In this document: positions 39,814 through 48,923 of the stretch, piece by piece | Position numbering within the stretch: the first letter of the stretch is position 1 | Layout of the letters: each line of letters begins with the position of its first letter | DNA from: Thalassobaculaceae bacterium | Lineage (GTDB): Bacteria; Pseudomonadota; Alphaproteobacteria; Thalassobaculales; Thalassobaculaceae | Assembly: GCA_965228875.1 (NCBI GenBank) | Contig: OZ245843.1 | Span: 2,338,616-2,402,615 of the forward strand | Reading direction: 5' to 3' | Length of the DNA stretch: 64,000 nt | The notes under the pieces: generated by a model | Seen by the model: the letters and a program-made list of their open reading frames with translations, nothing else | What the model was told of the DNA's origin: nothing | Databases searched by the model: none | Made by a program: the position numbers and the translations under genes

Positions 39814-39934
39814 GTTTCTGCCCTTTTTCGGGAGTGGGCTTTCGCCGTGAGGAAGAGTAGGACATGATAGTCATGAAGGGCGAGGTGACCAGACGGTGGT
39901 TTTCGGCCGTTGGCTCGTCCGAGAGGAGGATGCC

Positions 39935-40084
39935 ATGAAAGATCGGATCCGCCGCTGCCAGTGCCGCGCCGCGCTCACCGCCCGCGCCGCCCATGCGCAT
40001 TTCTGCGACACCCTTGTCGTCGGCACGATGATGGCCGCCGCCCTGGCCGCTGCCGCCTGGCTGATGCAGAGGCTCGCCGTCTGA
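39935..40084 (+). CDS. Small (49 aa) putative membrane protein
   Basis: Strong GAGGAGG RBS; MKDRIRRCQCRAALTARAAHAHFCD followed by one hydrophobic helix. Confidence 0.5.
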   Translation: MKDRIRRCQCRAALTARAAHAHFCDTLVVGTMMAAALAAAAWLMQRLAV

Positions 40085-40137
40085 TTCGAGGGCTCATCTG
40101 CCCGCCAGGCTCCCCGTTGCGGTAGAGGGAGACCGAG

Positions 40138-40692
40138 ATGGCCGCCACCCCGCCTGTGTGTGATTTCGGCGCGCCGGCACACGATTTCGCCCTGCCGGAT
40201 CTCGACGGCGAGACCGTGACCCTGGACGATGTGCGGGGTCGGAACGGCACCCTCGTTCTGTTCATCTGCAACCATTGTCCCTATGTACGCTCGGTGATCG
40301 GCCGCATCGTCGAGGATGCCCGAGTCCTGATGGAAGCCGGTGTGGGCGTGGCGGCGATCATGTCGAACGACTATCGCGCCTACCCGGCCGACGCGCCGGA
40401 GCGGATGCGGGCCTTCGCCGCGGAGAACGACTTTCCCTTCCCCTACCTGCTGGACGAGAGTCAGGCGGTGGCGCGGACCTATGGCGCGGTCTGCACGCCG
40501 GACTTCTTCGGCTACGATGCGGATCTCGGACTGCAGTACCGTGGCCGACTCGACGAATCGAAGACCGTGCTTGTACCGGACGCCCGCCGGGAGCTGCGCG
40601 ACGCGATGCTGGCGGTCGCCCGGACCGGCAAGGGGCCGGCGGAACAGATCCCTTCCATGGGCTGCTCGATCAAGTGGACGTCAGCCGCCTGA
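40138..40692 (+). CDS. Thioredoxin-like AhpC/TSA family redoxin
   Basis: FICNHCPYV, SND..YP.D, FPYLLDE, AVCTPDFF, YRGRLD, SMGCSIKW. Confidence 0.92.
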   Translation: MAATPPVCDFGAPAHDFALPDLDGETVTLDDVRGRNGTLVLFICNHCPYVRSVIGRIVEDARVLMEAGVGVAAIMSNDYRAYPADAPERMRAFAAENDFPFPYLLDESQAVARTYGAVCTPDFFGYDADLGLQYRGRLDESKTVLVPDARRELRDAMLAVARTGKGPAEQIPSMGCSIKWTSAA

Positions 40693-40799
40693 CCCGTCGC
40701 TCGGCCGGCCGTCCGCCGGCGGATACCATCGCAACCGCCGGATAGAGGGCGCCACCCGCCCCGGGTACCGATCTCCGAAACCCTGTCGGAGATCGGACC

Positions 40800-42011
40800 A
40801 TGAACGTCGTCGGACGCCTGCAACTCGCCGCCAGCGGCCTGCACCTCGCGGATCAGATCGCCCTGGTCGGCGTGCCGCTCGTCGCCGCCCTCGCCTTCGG
40901 CGCGTCGGCCGAGATGATCGGCCTGCTCGTCGCCTGCCAGTCCATGGCGCATCTGCTCGGATCGCTGCCGGCGGGGGTGATCGTCGACCGGGTCGATCTG
41001 CGGATTGCCGCGCGGGCCGCCGCGCTGGTCTCGCTGACAGGATTCGCCGCGACCGCGTCCGGCGTGCTCCTGAACAGTCTCGCCGGCTTCGCCGCCGGAG
41101 TCGCCGTCGCCGGCTTCGGCATCGTCCTGTTCGTCCTGACCGCGCTGTCGATCCTGCCCAGAACCGTGCCGGCATCCGCGCTCGCCCAGGCAAACGCCCG
41201 TCTGGAGCTGCCGCGATCAATCGCATCCTTCGCCGTTCCTCTCGGCGTCGGCATGGTCATCGCGCCCGCTACCGCACCGTGGCTGTTCGCAGCGGCGGCA
41301 GCGGGCGCCCTGATTGCGCTCGCCGCCGTCTCCGGCCTGCCCCGCCTCGCGCCGGCCGCCGAACCGGGCGAGAGCGTTCTGCGGCGCATCCTGGTCGGCG
41401 GGGCCTTCGTCGTCGCGAACGACCTGTTGCGGGCGATCTCCGCCTGCGCCCTGTTCTGGAACTTCGCCTTCTCGGCCCTGCTGGTCGCCATGGTGCCCCT
41501 GATTACCGAAGAGTTGCGGATGGATCCGGGAACGTTCGCCATCGCCATGGCCGCCTTCGGGCTCGCCGCGGTGGCGGGATCGGCCACGGCGGTACGGCTC
41601 GCCGGCCGGATCCGGCCGAGCATCGTCCTGCTTTTCGGCCCCGGAAGCTCGATCCCCGCCGTGCTCCTGGTGTCGGCCGCCGGGCCGGAACGCTCGCCGC
41701 TATGGATCTACGCCGGCTTCTTCCTGCTCGGTTTCGGGCCGTCGATGTGGTTGATCGCCCAGAACTCGGTGCGCCAACTCGTCAGCCCGCGCGGCATGCT
41801 GGGCCGGGTGAACGCGGTGATCCAGACGGCGATCTACGGCGTGCGGCCGCTGGGAGCGTTGAGCGGCGGGTTTCTCGTCGCCGCCACCTCGCCCCGCACC
41901 TGCCTGCTTGTCATCGCCCTGATCTACGGCCTGTCCTTCGCCTCCGCGGCGTTCAGCCGTCTGCGGACGCTCCGGCGCTATGGCGACCTGGCCGCCGCCG
42001 AGTCGGCCTGA
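40800..42011 (+). CDS. MFS transporter
   Basis: About twelve TM helices, GVIVDR motif A, MLGRVNA. Confidence 0.88.
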   Translation: MNVVGRLQLAASGLHLADQIALVGVPLVAALAFGASAEMIGLLVACQSMAHLLGSLPAGVIVDRVDLRIAARAAALVSLTGFAATASGVLLNSLAGFAAGVAVAGFGIVLFVLTALSILPRTVPASALAQANARLELPRSIASFAVPLGVGMVIAPATAPWLFAAAAAGALIALAAVSGLPRLAPAAEPGESVLRRILVGGAFVVANDLLRAISACALFWNFAFSALLVAMVPLITEELRMDPGTFAIAMAAFGLAAVAGSATAVRLAGRIRPSIVLLFGPGSSIPAVLLVSAAGPERSPLWIYAGFFLLGFGPSMWLIAQNSVRQLVSPRGMLGRVNAVIQTAIYGVRPLGALSGGFLVAATSPRTCLLVIALIYGLSFASAAFSRLRTLRRYGDLAAAESA

Positions 42012-42019
42012 TCCAACGG

Positions 42020-43402
42020 CTACTTGGTTTTCGCCCGGCGCAGCTCGCCATGGTCGGTGCGCCGGTTCCACGGCAGCCAGACCGAGAAGGCGAGCGAGGC
42101 GAGCGACGGCACGGCCACGGGATCCGGCCGCGTGACGGCCAGCGGCAACGGCTCGTTCGATCCACCGGCCAGCCACAGGGCGATGCGGCGGCCGAGCGCC
42201 GTGGTCATCGCCATCCCCCGGCCGTTGCAGGCGATCGCCGACCAGCCCTGATCCGCCTCGCCCTCGCCCAGCATCATCAGTCGCGGCATGAAGTCCCGTG
42301 CGGCCGCCAGGCGCCCCTGCCAGACATAGGCCGGTTCCAGCGGCGGCAGCTGCGGCAGCATCTCCCGCAGGCGGGCGAGGTGATAGGCCGGCGCCCGCTC
42401 GGCCGACCCGAAGGGCGAGGCCAGTAGCCCGCCCGTGACGATCCGGTTCTCGTCGGTCCAGCGATAGGCCACCAACTCCTTGCGGATGTCCGCGGAGGCC
42501 CGGTTCCGCGGCAGCACCGTCTCGCGCAGGCCGGGATCCAGCGGCTGGGTCGCCACCTGGAACAGGGTGATCGGGAACTGCGTGCCCTCCGCCTTGGGTG
42601 CCAAGCCACCCCCGGTGGAATTCGTCGTCAGCAGCAGACGCCGGGCCACGAGGACGCCCCGATCGGTCGTCACCTGCCAGCGGTCGCCGCGAAGCTCCCA
42701 GGTCCGGGCTCGGGAGCCGGTGAACAGTCGCGCCCCCGCCGTCACGGCCGCGGATGCCAGCCCGCGACAATAGGCCAGTGGATTGAGGATTCCCCCGGTC
42801 GGATCCAGAAAGGCACCGTGGTAGATCTCGGAGCCGGTCTCGTAGACCGCCTCGTCACGCGACAGTGCGCGAACCGGGCGGCCGAGCGACTGCCACTGCG
42901 CCACCCGATCCTCCAGCCACGCCCGCTTCTCCGGGGTGTGGATCGGCTGTATCCAGCCGCTCTGGCTGGCCTCGCAGGCGATGCCGTGGCGCCGGATCAG
43001 GTCGAACACCAGCTCGCCGCCCTGTGCGAGGGTCTCGCAGACCAGCCGGCCATGCTCGGTGCCGAGCGACTCTCCCATGACCTTCGGGTCGAGCCCGGTG
43101 ATCAGGTTCGGCACAACGAAGCCGGTGTTGCGCCCCGACGCCCCGAAACCCGGTTCGTCCGCCTCCAGCACCGCGACGTCGACGCCGGCCTCGGCCAGAT
43201 GCAGCGCCGTCGAGAAGCCGAGGTAGCCGCCGCCGACGACCGCGACATCGGTCTCGACCTCGCCCTCCAGCGGCCCGCTGGCCGGGCCGGCGGGCGCGGT
43301 CGCATGCCAGAGCGTCGACTGGAACGACAGGGACGGGTGCGGGGCCGCGGCCAGCCGCTCCCACAAGGTCGGGCGGTAGCCCTCGTGCGCGATCTTGGTC
43401 AT
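42020..43402 (-). CDS. FAD-dependent amine/amino-acid oxidoreductase (DAO/PuuB-like)
   Basis: VVGGGYLG, GASGRNTG, LNPLAY, CNGRG. Confidence 0.9.
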   Translation of the reverse strand: MTKIAHEGYRPTLWERLAAAPHPSLSFQSTLWHATAPAGPASGPLEGEVETDVAVVGGGYLGFSTALHLAEAGVDVAVLEADEPGFGASGRNTGFVVPNLITGLDPKVMGESLGTEHGRLVCETLAQGGELVFDLIRRHGIACEASQSGWIQPIHTPEKRAWLEDRVAQWQSLGRPVRALSRDEAVYETGSEIYHGAFLDPTGGILNPLAYCRGLASAAVTAGARLFTGSRARTWELRGDRWQVTTDRGVLVARRLLLTTNSTGGGLAPKAEGTQFPITLFQVATQPLDPGLRETVLPRNRASADIRKELVAYRWTDENRIVTGGLLASPFGSAERAPAYHLARLREMLPQLPPLEPAYVWQGRLAAARDFMPRLMMLGEGEADQGWSAIACNGRGMAMTTALGRRIALWLAGGSNEPLPLAVTRPDPVAVPSLASLAFSVWLPWNRRTDHGELRRAKTK

Positions 43403-43520
43403 GGCCGGAATGCTAGAGCGGGTTGCCGAAGTCCGAAACGGCTTTCCGCACACCCCTGCCCGTCAGGCATGGGCGCCTTTGCGGGAATTGCACTATCGAA
43501 CCGCCGGCCGGCGCTGTTTC

Positions 43521-44759
43521 ATGCGCCGCATGACAGCACCGAGCGCCGAAACCGCCCCGACCCTGCGCGACCTGATCGTCGTCGTGTTCTTCACCACGAT
43601 GGTGATGACGCTGGCCAGCATGGCGACCCTGTGGATCCCGGCGATCGCCCCGGCGGTGGCAGCCGATCTCGGGGTCTCGCCATCGCTTGTCGGCTACCAG
43701 TTCACCCTCGCCTACATCGGGGCGATGTGCTCCAGCCTGCTGGTCGGCGGCATGGTGCAGCGCTTCGGCGCCTGGCGCACCAGCCAGAGCAGCCTCGGCA
43801 TGCTGGCGATCGGCCATCTGATCCTGATGAGCGGCCAGCTCGAACTCATGGTCGTCGGCTCGCTGGCGACCGGGCTCGGCTACGGAATGATGAACCCGCC
43901 GGCCCTCGACCTGCTGAACCGGGTTGTGACGCCGGCGAACCGCAACCTGGTGTTCTCCGTGCGTTTCACGGGCGTGCCGATCGGCGGCGTGCTGGCCAGC
44001 CTCGTCGCGCCGTCCCTGGCACTGGCCGTGGGTTGGCAGGCGACCATGCTGGTGGTCGGGGCGTTGGGTCTTGTGCTGTTCATCGCCATGCAGCCGCTGC
44101 GCGCCCGCTTCGACGCCACCCGGCAGCGCAACGCCCCGGTCATCCGCGACCCTCTGGCCGGCCTGCGGCTGGTCTTCCGGTCGCCGGTGCTCCGCCTGTT
44201 CGCCGTCACCGGACTGTGCTTCGCGGCGGTCCAGCTGTCGCTGATGTCGTTCACCGTGACGCTGCTGGTGGATGAGGTCGGCTGGTCCCTGGTGACCGCC
44301 GGCGTCGCCCTGTCCAGCGTTCAGGTTGCCGGAGTGATCGGCCGCGTGAGCTGGGGCGTGGTCGCCGACCGGCTCGGTTCAAGCACCACCGTTCTTATCG
44401 TCATCGGCAGCGCCATGTGCCTGGCCAGTCTGACCGCCGCGCAGATCGGGGCGAGCTGGCCGCAGGTCGTGGTGTTCATCTTCTTCTTCGCCTTCGGCCT
44501 CGTCGCGGTCGGCTGGAACGGGGTGTTCGCCAGCGAGGCCGCCCGGCTCAGCCCGCGCGGGGCGATCGGCCATGCCACCGGCGGAGTCCTGTTCATGACG
44601 TTCTCGGGCGTGCTGCTCGGCCCGGGGGTGTTCGCCGCGCTCTACCAGGTGACCGGCAGCTATTCGGCGACGTTCGTCGCCTCGGCGGGATTGGCGGCCG
44701 TCGGCGTCGCCTGTCTCGGCCTGTCCCGGCGGGCGACCGGTCGAGAGGACGATCAGTAG
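43521..44759 (+). CDS. MFS transporter
   Basis: About twelve TM helices, GRVSWGVVADRLG, GWNGV; the start may be 43530. Confidence 0.88.
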   Translation: MRRMTAPSAETAPTLRDLIVVVFFTTMVMTLASMATLWIPAIAPAVAADLGVSPSLVGYQFTLAYIGAMCSSLLVGGMVQRFGAWRTSQSSLGMLAIGHLILMSGQLELMVVGSLATGLGYGMMNPPALDLLNRVVTPANRNLVFSVRFTGVPIGGVLASLVAPSLALAVGWQATMLVVGALGLVLFIAMQPLRARFDATRQRNAPVIRDPLAGLRLVFRSPVLRLFAVTGLCFAAVQLSLMSFTVTLLVDEVGWSLVTAGVALSSVQVAGVIGRVSWGVVADRLGSSTTVLIVIGSAMCLASLTAAQIGASWPQVVVFIFFFAFGLVAVGWNGVFASEAARLSPRGAIGHATGGVLFMTFSGVLLGPGVFAALYQVTGSYSATFVASAGLAAVGVACLGLSRRATGREDDQ

Positions 44760-45745
44760 ACGATCTTGCCGTCCGGCCGGAAGGCGCGGAACACGAACGC
44801 GAAGGTGACCTCGTGGGCGACGTCCGTACCGTCGCGGGTGACCACCACGTTGCCGACATCGCGGCCGTCGGCGATCCGGCGGGTGTCGAGGGCGGAATTC
44901 TGCCCCGGCTCCCAGACGATCTTCAGGTCGCCGTCGCTCCACCAGCCCTTTTGGCGCAGCATCGGCAGGCTCCACGCCATGTCGCCGACCACCACCACCC
45001 GGGTCATCGCCGGCAGTTCCTCGGGCATGGAGCCGTCATACAGGAACGGAACCGGCATGGTGTCGTACCCCTTGTAGGGGTTGATGCCGTAGGGGCGCAT
45101 CTCCGGATCGTTCGGCACCAGGACCTTGCCGGAGCCATGACGCTCGGCGAAGCGCTCCGCGCTCTCAAGTCGCGCCGGGACCGAGCGCAGCCGGGTTCCG
45201 GCCAGCGCGCCGGCGATCGCCGTGCCGGTGTACTGCTGCCACCAGCTTTCCGTCGCCCGGTCATACATGATCAGGTCGGAGTTCCGCAGATTGCCGGTTG
45301 TCCCGAACTCGAGCGCCGTTCCCTCGACCCGCCGGTCGAACACGATCGCCGCGTTGCAGAGAGGACAGTATGTGACGGCGACCGGCAGACCGCCGACGGT
45401 GTCGTTGACGATCTCGTGCCAGATCAGGATCCGCAGCGGATAGGCCCGGGCGTCGTCGCCGACGGTGACGGAGACCACCGGCTCGGTCGGCGCCAGCTCG
45501 GCGAAACCTTCCCTGACGTCGGCGAATGCCGGGTCGTCGATCGACGGAATGCCATCCCGCCCGGGGCCACCCGACTGAATCTCCTCGAGCGGAACCGTCA
45601 GCCTGGAGAAATCGGTGTTCGGCCAGGCCGCCTCCCACGGGTTACCTGCGTTCGCCGGGGCGGCGAACAGTAACCCGTGAGCCAGGGTAAAAGCGGCCAG
45701 GAAGAGGACGGTCAGGGATGCGGTGAGGAGACGGTGGATCGGCAT
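44753..45745 (-). CDS. DUF3179-family exported protein with CxxC
   Basis: Signal-like N-terminus, GGPGRDGIPSIDDP, WHEIVND, TYCPLC, MYDRATESWWQQ. Confidence 0.88.
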   Translation of the reverse strand: MPIHRLLTASLTVLFLAAFTLAHGLLFAAPANAGNPWEAAWPNTDFSRLTVPLEEIQSGGPGRDGIPSIDDPAFADVREGFAELAPTEPVVSVTVGDDARAYPLRILIWHEIVNDTVGGLPVAVTYCPLCNAAIVFDRRVEGTALEFGTTGNLRNSDLIMYDRATESWWQQYTGTAIAGALAGTRLRSVPARLESAERFAERHGSGKVLVPNDPEMRPYGINPYKGYDTMPVPFLYDGSMPEELPAMTRVVVVGDMAWSLPMLRQKGWWSDGDLKIVWEPGQNSALDTRRIADGRDVGNVVVTRDGTDVAHEVTFAFVFRAFRPDGKIVY

Positions 45746-45838
45746 GTCCGAACAATGCGCCAAGGCATCGCCTCAACGGAAATCACGAACCGGCGACATG
45801 GGCGGGCTGTCCTCCCTGAAGGCGGAACGCCCCGCGGA

Positions 45839-46153
45839 TCAACCGGTGCCGAGCTTGGAGGATCGTGAGCGGATGTCGCTCAACCGGGGATCCGGCGCCA
45901 GATCGCCGATCGGGTCGTCGATATCACCGAACTGCCGGAACAGCTCGGCCGACTCGATCGCCGTCGATCGGACCTTGCGTGTCTCCCGGGAGTTCAGCAT
46001 GTCGAACGCCTTGCCGGCGTGACGGCGGTCGGTCTCCGCGAGGGTGTGCGCGGCCTTCACGACGGCGGCATGCACGAATCCCGTGCCGACGGTGCGGTCC
46101 AGCGCATCCGCCAGAATCTCAAGCGCCTTGCGGTCCGTATCCGAATACGCCAT
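45839..46153 (-). CDS. Hypothetical protein
   Basis: Protein-like composition, fills the gap; no recognisable motif. Confidence 0.6.
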   Translation of the reverse strand: MAYSDTDRKALEILADALDRTVGTGFVHAAVVKAAHTLAETDRRHAGKAFDMLNSRETRKVRSTAIESAELFRQFGDIDDPIGDLAPDPRLSDIRSRSSKLGTG

Positions 46154-46188
46154 CGACCATCCAGCCACGCCCGCCTGGGACGCTCACA

Positions 46189-46228
46189 TTTACCAATCGT
46201 TAACCAGATTCTTTGATTCGAGCGAGTC
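46189..46228. promoter_or_regulatory. CtrA-like box with adjacent GANTC sites
   Basis: TTTA-N7-TTAACC at 46189-46205 (one mismatch to TTAA-N7-TTAAC); GANTC at 46207, 46215 and 46224. Confidence 0.55.
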
Positions 46229-46389
46229 GCGCAAGTGAATTTGATTTTCCATTTTCGGACGTCACCGTTAATCCGTTTCGGGCGATTCCGAACGGAAAGC
46301 GGTTCCGAAGATCGGCCTTGACCGGCATAAGATTGCTGGCACCGGCAACCTCCGATACGATTCGCCGTGAGTTTTCGCGAGGCCCCGCC

Positions 46390-46818
46390 ATGAAGATCCT
46401 CATTCCCCTCCTGGTGTTTGCCGGCCTCATCGCGCTCGCCGTGCGCATGACGTACCGCCAGTTCCGCGTCGACCGGTTCGCCGCTCCCGAGAGCGTTGCC
46501 GGCGCCGGCGCGATCGTCGCCGCCGCCGATGCCAACGGCACGTTTCACCGGGTCACCGAGGGGGTCGAGGAGATGCGCCGTTCCTGGCATCCGGTGCGCT
46601 TTCCTTCCGGCTGGGAATCCCGCGCCAGCGGCGGCTTTCCGGAGGAACGGGTCTACGCGGACCGAAGCATGGCCGAACGCCGGGACTGGTGCGCCGTTCA
46701 TTGCGAAAGGGCCTGGCGGGTCGAGGTCGTCAAAGGGGCCGCGCCGGTGTTCTGGTTCGAGTCGGACCGCGATGCCAGCGAATTCACCTACGTCTGGTTC
46801 CCGTTCAAGTGCTCCTGA
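46390..46818 (+). CDS. Hypothetical N-terminally anchored protein, Trp/Cys-rich C-terminus
   Basis: MKILIPLLVFAGLIALAV anchor; WCAVHC...FWFESDRDASEF..VWFPFKC. Confidence 0.7.
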   Translation: MKILIPLLVFAGLIALAVRMTYRQFRVDRFAAPESVAGAGAIVAAADANGTFHRVTEGVEEMRRSWHPVRFPSGWESRASGGFPEERVYADRSMAERRDWCAVHCERAWRVEVVKGAAPVFWFESDRDASEFTYVWFPFKCS

Positions 46819-46847
46819 CCGGATCGCTTCCTTCCCCAGCGACTTGA

Positions 46848-46892
46848 CGCACAGAGTGCGCATTTTTGATTTCCTTTGCGCACCGTGTGCGC
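46848..46892. promoter_or_regulatory. Pair of CGCAC-N3-GTGCG palindromes (operator-like)
   Basis: CGCACAGAGTGCG at 46848-46860 and GCGCACCGTGTGCGC at 46878-46892; TTGACG overlaps the first. Confidence 0.55.
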
Positions 46893-46943
46893 TTAATATG
46901 TCGGTTAGATGACAGATCACCCGATGCTCTATCGGAGGCCGAC

Positions 46944-47444
46944 ATGTCGAATACCCCCCGCGCTCTCCGGCTGGCCACCATTGCGGCCGCCCTGCTGTTG
47001 ACCGCCCCGGCCGCCTACGCCGCGGCGCCGGCCACCGCCGACGCCGGAAAGCCATCCCCCTCCGTCGCTCTGCAGACGCTGGAGCGCCAGCTCGACCGGG
47101 CCGTCGACCACTACACCGCCGGCGAGTTTGCCGCCGCGGAGGAGCTGCTTGCCACGGTGATGCGCAGCGACGCGGCGAGCGATCGTCTGCGCTCTCTGGC
47201 GGCGTTCAATCGCGGTGCCGCGCTCCTGCAGCTCGACCGGTATGCCGAGGCGATCGACGCCTTCGACCTTGCCGACAGCGAGACGTTCCCGTTCCGCGCG
47301 CAGCTGCATCTCGCCCGAGGCATCGCCTGGGAGCAGCTCGGCCGCGCCGACAAGGCGGCCTACGACTATACCAGCGCGCTGGTGGCGGATCCCGGCAACC
47401 CGGCGGTCCGCCGGCGGGTCGACGCCTTCTTTCACAAGAGGTAG
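46944..47444 (+). CDS. Secreted TPR-repeat protein
   Basis: Signal peptide, FNRGAALLQLDRYAEAI and LARGIAWEQLGR TPR helices; GGAGG RBS. Confidence 0.8.
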   Translation: MSNTPRALRLATIAAALLLTAPAAYAAAPATADAGKPSPSVALQTLERQLDRAVDHYTAGEFAAAEELLATVMRSDAASDRLRSLAAFNRGAALLQLDRYAEAIDAFDLADSETFPFRAQLHLARGIAWEQLGRADKAAYDYTSALVADPGNPAVRRRVDAFFHKR

Positions 47445-47498
47445 GCGCGCCTGACGGCGGCCGGGCACAAGAGGTAGGCGCGCCTGAAGGCGGCCGGA
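47433..47498. repeat. 33-bp tandem duplication spanning the TPR gene stop
   Basis: CACAAGAGGTAGGCGCGCCTGA(C/A)GGCGGCCGG(G/A) twice, 31/33 identical. Confidence 0.92.
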
Positions 47499-47503
47499 TC
47501 GGG

Positions 47504-47992
47504 CTACTGGTTCTGCTGTCGCCAGGCCGAGGGGTGCTCGAACTTGAGGGCCCAGATACCGGCCTTCTCGCGCTTCGCCAGCCGTTCCAGCGGCGCGTAG
47601 TCCGGACGCTCCTCCTCCACGGCGAGGGCCCAGCCGGTGCGCACCATCCGGGTGTTCAGGTTGAGGTCGCCGGCGTAGCAGGTGGCGACAGGCCGCCCGC
47701 CTTCGCCCACACCCTCCTGGACGCAGACCACGTCGTTGCGCCCGACCAGTTCGCGCAGCGCATCCATCGCCTGCAGGCCACACTGGTAGGGTCGGCCGAA
47801 CTCGTTCTCGCAGTACTGATCCGGTTCCGGCGCATCGATCCCGGACAGCCGGACTTCCCGTCGGCCGACGAAAAGCGTGTCGCCCGAGGTCACCTGCGGA
47901 CGGCCCTTCAACTCCTGCGCGGACGCCGGTGTCTGGAATTCGGCCATGCCCAAGATCAGCACAAGCCCGGTCAGCACCAGGATTCTCTTCAT
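47504..47992 (-). CDS. Secreted thermonuclease (SNase)-family protein
   Basis: SGDTL, VRLSGIDAPE.DQ.C, MVRTGWA, E..AK....GIW; signal peptide. Confidence 0.85.
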   Translation of the reverse strand: MKRILVLTGLVLILGMAEFQTPASAQELKGRPQVTSGDTLFVGRREVRLSGIDAPEPDQYCENEFGRPYQCGLQAMDALRELVGRNDVVCVQEGVGEGGRPVATCYAGDLNLNTRMVRTGWALAVEEERPDYAPLERLAKREKAGIWALKFEHPSAWRQQNQ

Positions 47993-48086
47993 GGTCCCCA
48001 CCATCGACTTCTTCGAAAGGCCCGGGAGAGGCGGTCGCAGTCTACCCGACAATCCGGTCGGCTCCGACCCGCATTAACCAGTTTTC

Positions 48087-48923
48087 TCAGAGAATCTCCA
48101 GCGGCGTTTTCGCTTTGGGCGCCGGGAAGGCGGCGTCCAGGGCGGCCAGATCCGCATCGTCGAGGGCGAGGTCCAGAGCCGCAGCGTTGGCCCGGACATG
48201 CGCGTCCTGTGCCGCCTTGGGAATGGCGATGACGCCGTCCCGCCGCAGCACCCACGCCAGGGCTACCGTCAGATCCGAGACCCCGTGCCTCGCCGCGATC
48301 GAGCCCAGCGTCGGATCGCCGGCCAACCGCCCCTGCTCCAGCGGCGAGTAGGCCATCACCGGCATACCCTTGTCCGCGCACCAGGGCAGCAGGTCGAACT
48401 CCGGCCCCCGGCGGGTCAGGTTGTAGAGGATCTGGTTCGTCGCGCAGGCCCCCCGACCGGCGACGTCGACCTCCGCCATTTCGTCCGCGTCGAAGTTACT
48501 GACGCCCCAATGGCGGATCTTGCCGTCCCGTCTGAGCTGCTCGAAGGCTCCGAAGGTCTCCTCGAGCGGCGAGGAGCCGGGCCAGTGCAGCAGGTAGAGG
48601 TCGATGGTCTCGATCCCCATGCGGGTCAGGCTGGCCTCGCAGGCCGCCACCGTGCCGGCATGGTCGGCGTTGAAGGGCAGCACCTTGGAGACGATGAACA
48701 GCCCATCCCGCCGTCCGGCGATGGCGTCGCCCACCACCTCTTCCGATCCGCCGGAGGCATACATCTCCGCGGTGTCGATCAGGGTCATCCCGAGATCGAT
48801 GCCGAGACGCAGGGCATCCGCCTCCGCCTTGCGGTCGGAGCCGCGCTCGCCCATGTGCCAGGTGCCGAGCCCCAGCGCCGGCACGGTCTCGCCGCCCGGC
48901 AGTGTCACCGTCTTCATGTTCAC
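48087..48923 (-). CDS. Aldo/keto reductase
   Basis: LGLGTW, DTAEMY, VSKV, DLYLLHW, GVSNF, AYSPL, AIPK; the start may be ATG at 48917. Confidence 0.93.
   Translation of the reverse strand: MNMKTVTLPGGETVPALGLGTWHMGERGSDRKAEADALRLGIDLGMTLIDTAEMYASGGSEEVVGDAIAGRRDGLFIVSKVLPFNADHAGTVAACEASLTRMGIETIDLYLLHWPGSSPLEETFGAFEQLRRDGKIRHWGVSNFDADEMAEVDVAGRGACATNQILYNLTRRGPEFDLLPWCADKGMPVMAYSPLEQGRLAGDPTLGSIAARHGVSDLTVALAWVLRRDGVIAIPKAAQDAHVRANAAALDLALDDADLAALDAAFPAPKAKTPLEIL

Noticed and set aside
44753..45745. Selenoprotein possibility for DUF3179
   Set aside because: The motif is CPLC with ordinary Cys codons and no in-frame TGA.
48074..48096. TTAACC half-site plus one GANTC upstream of the thermonuclease gene
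   Set aside because: A single half-site is insufficient evidence for CtrA control.
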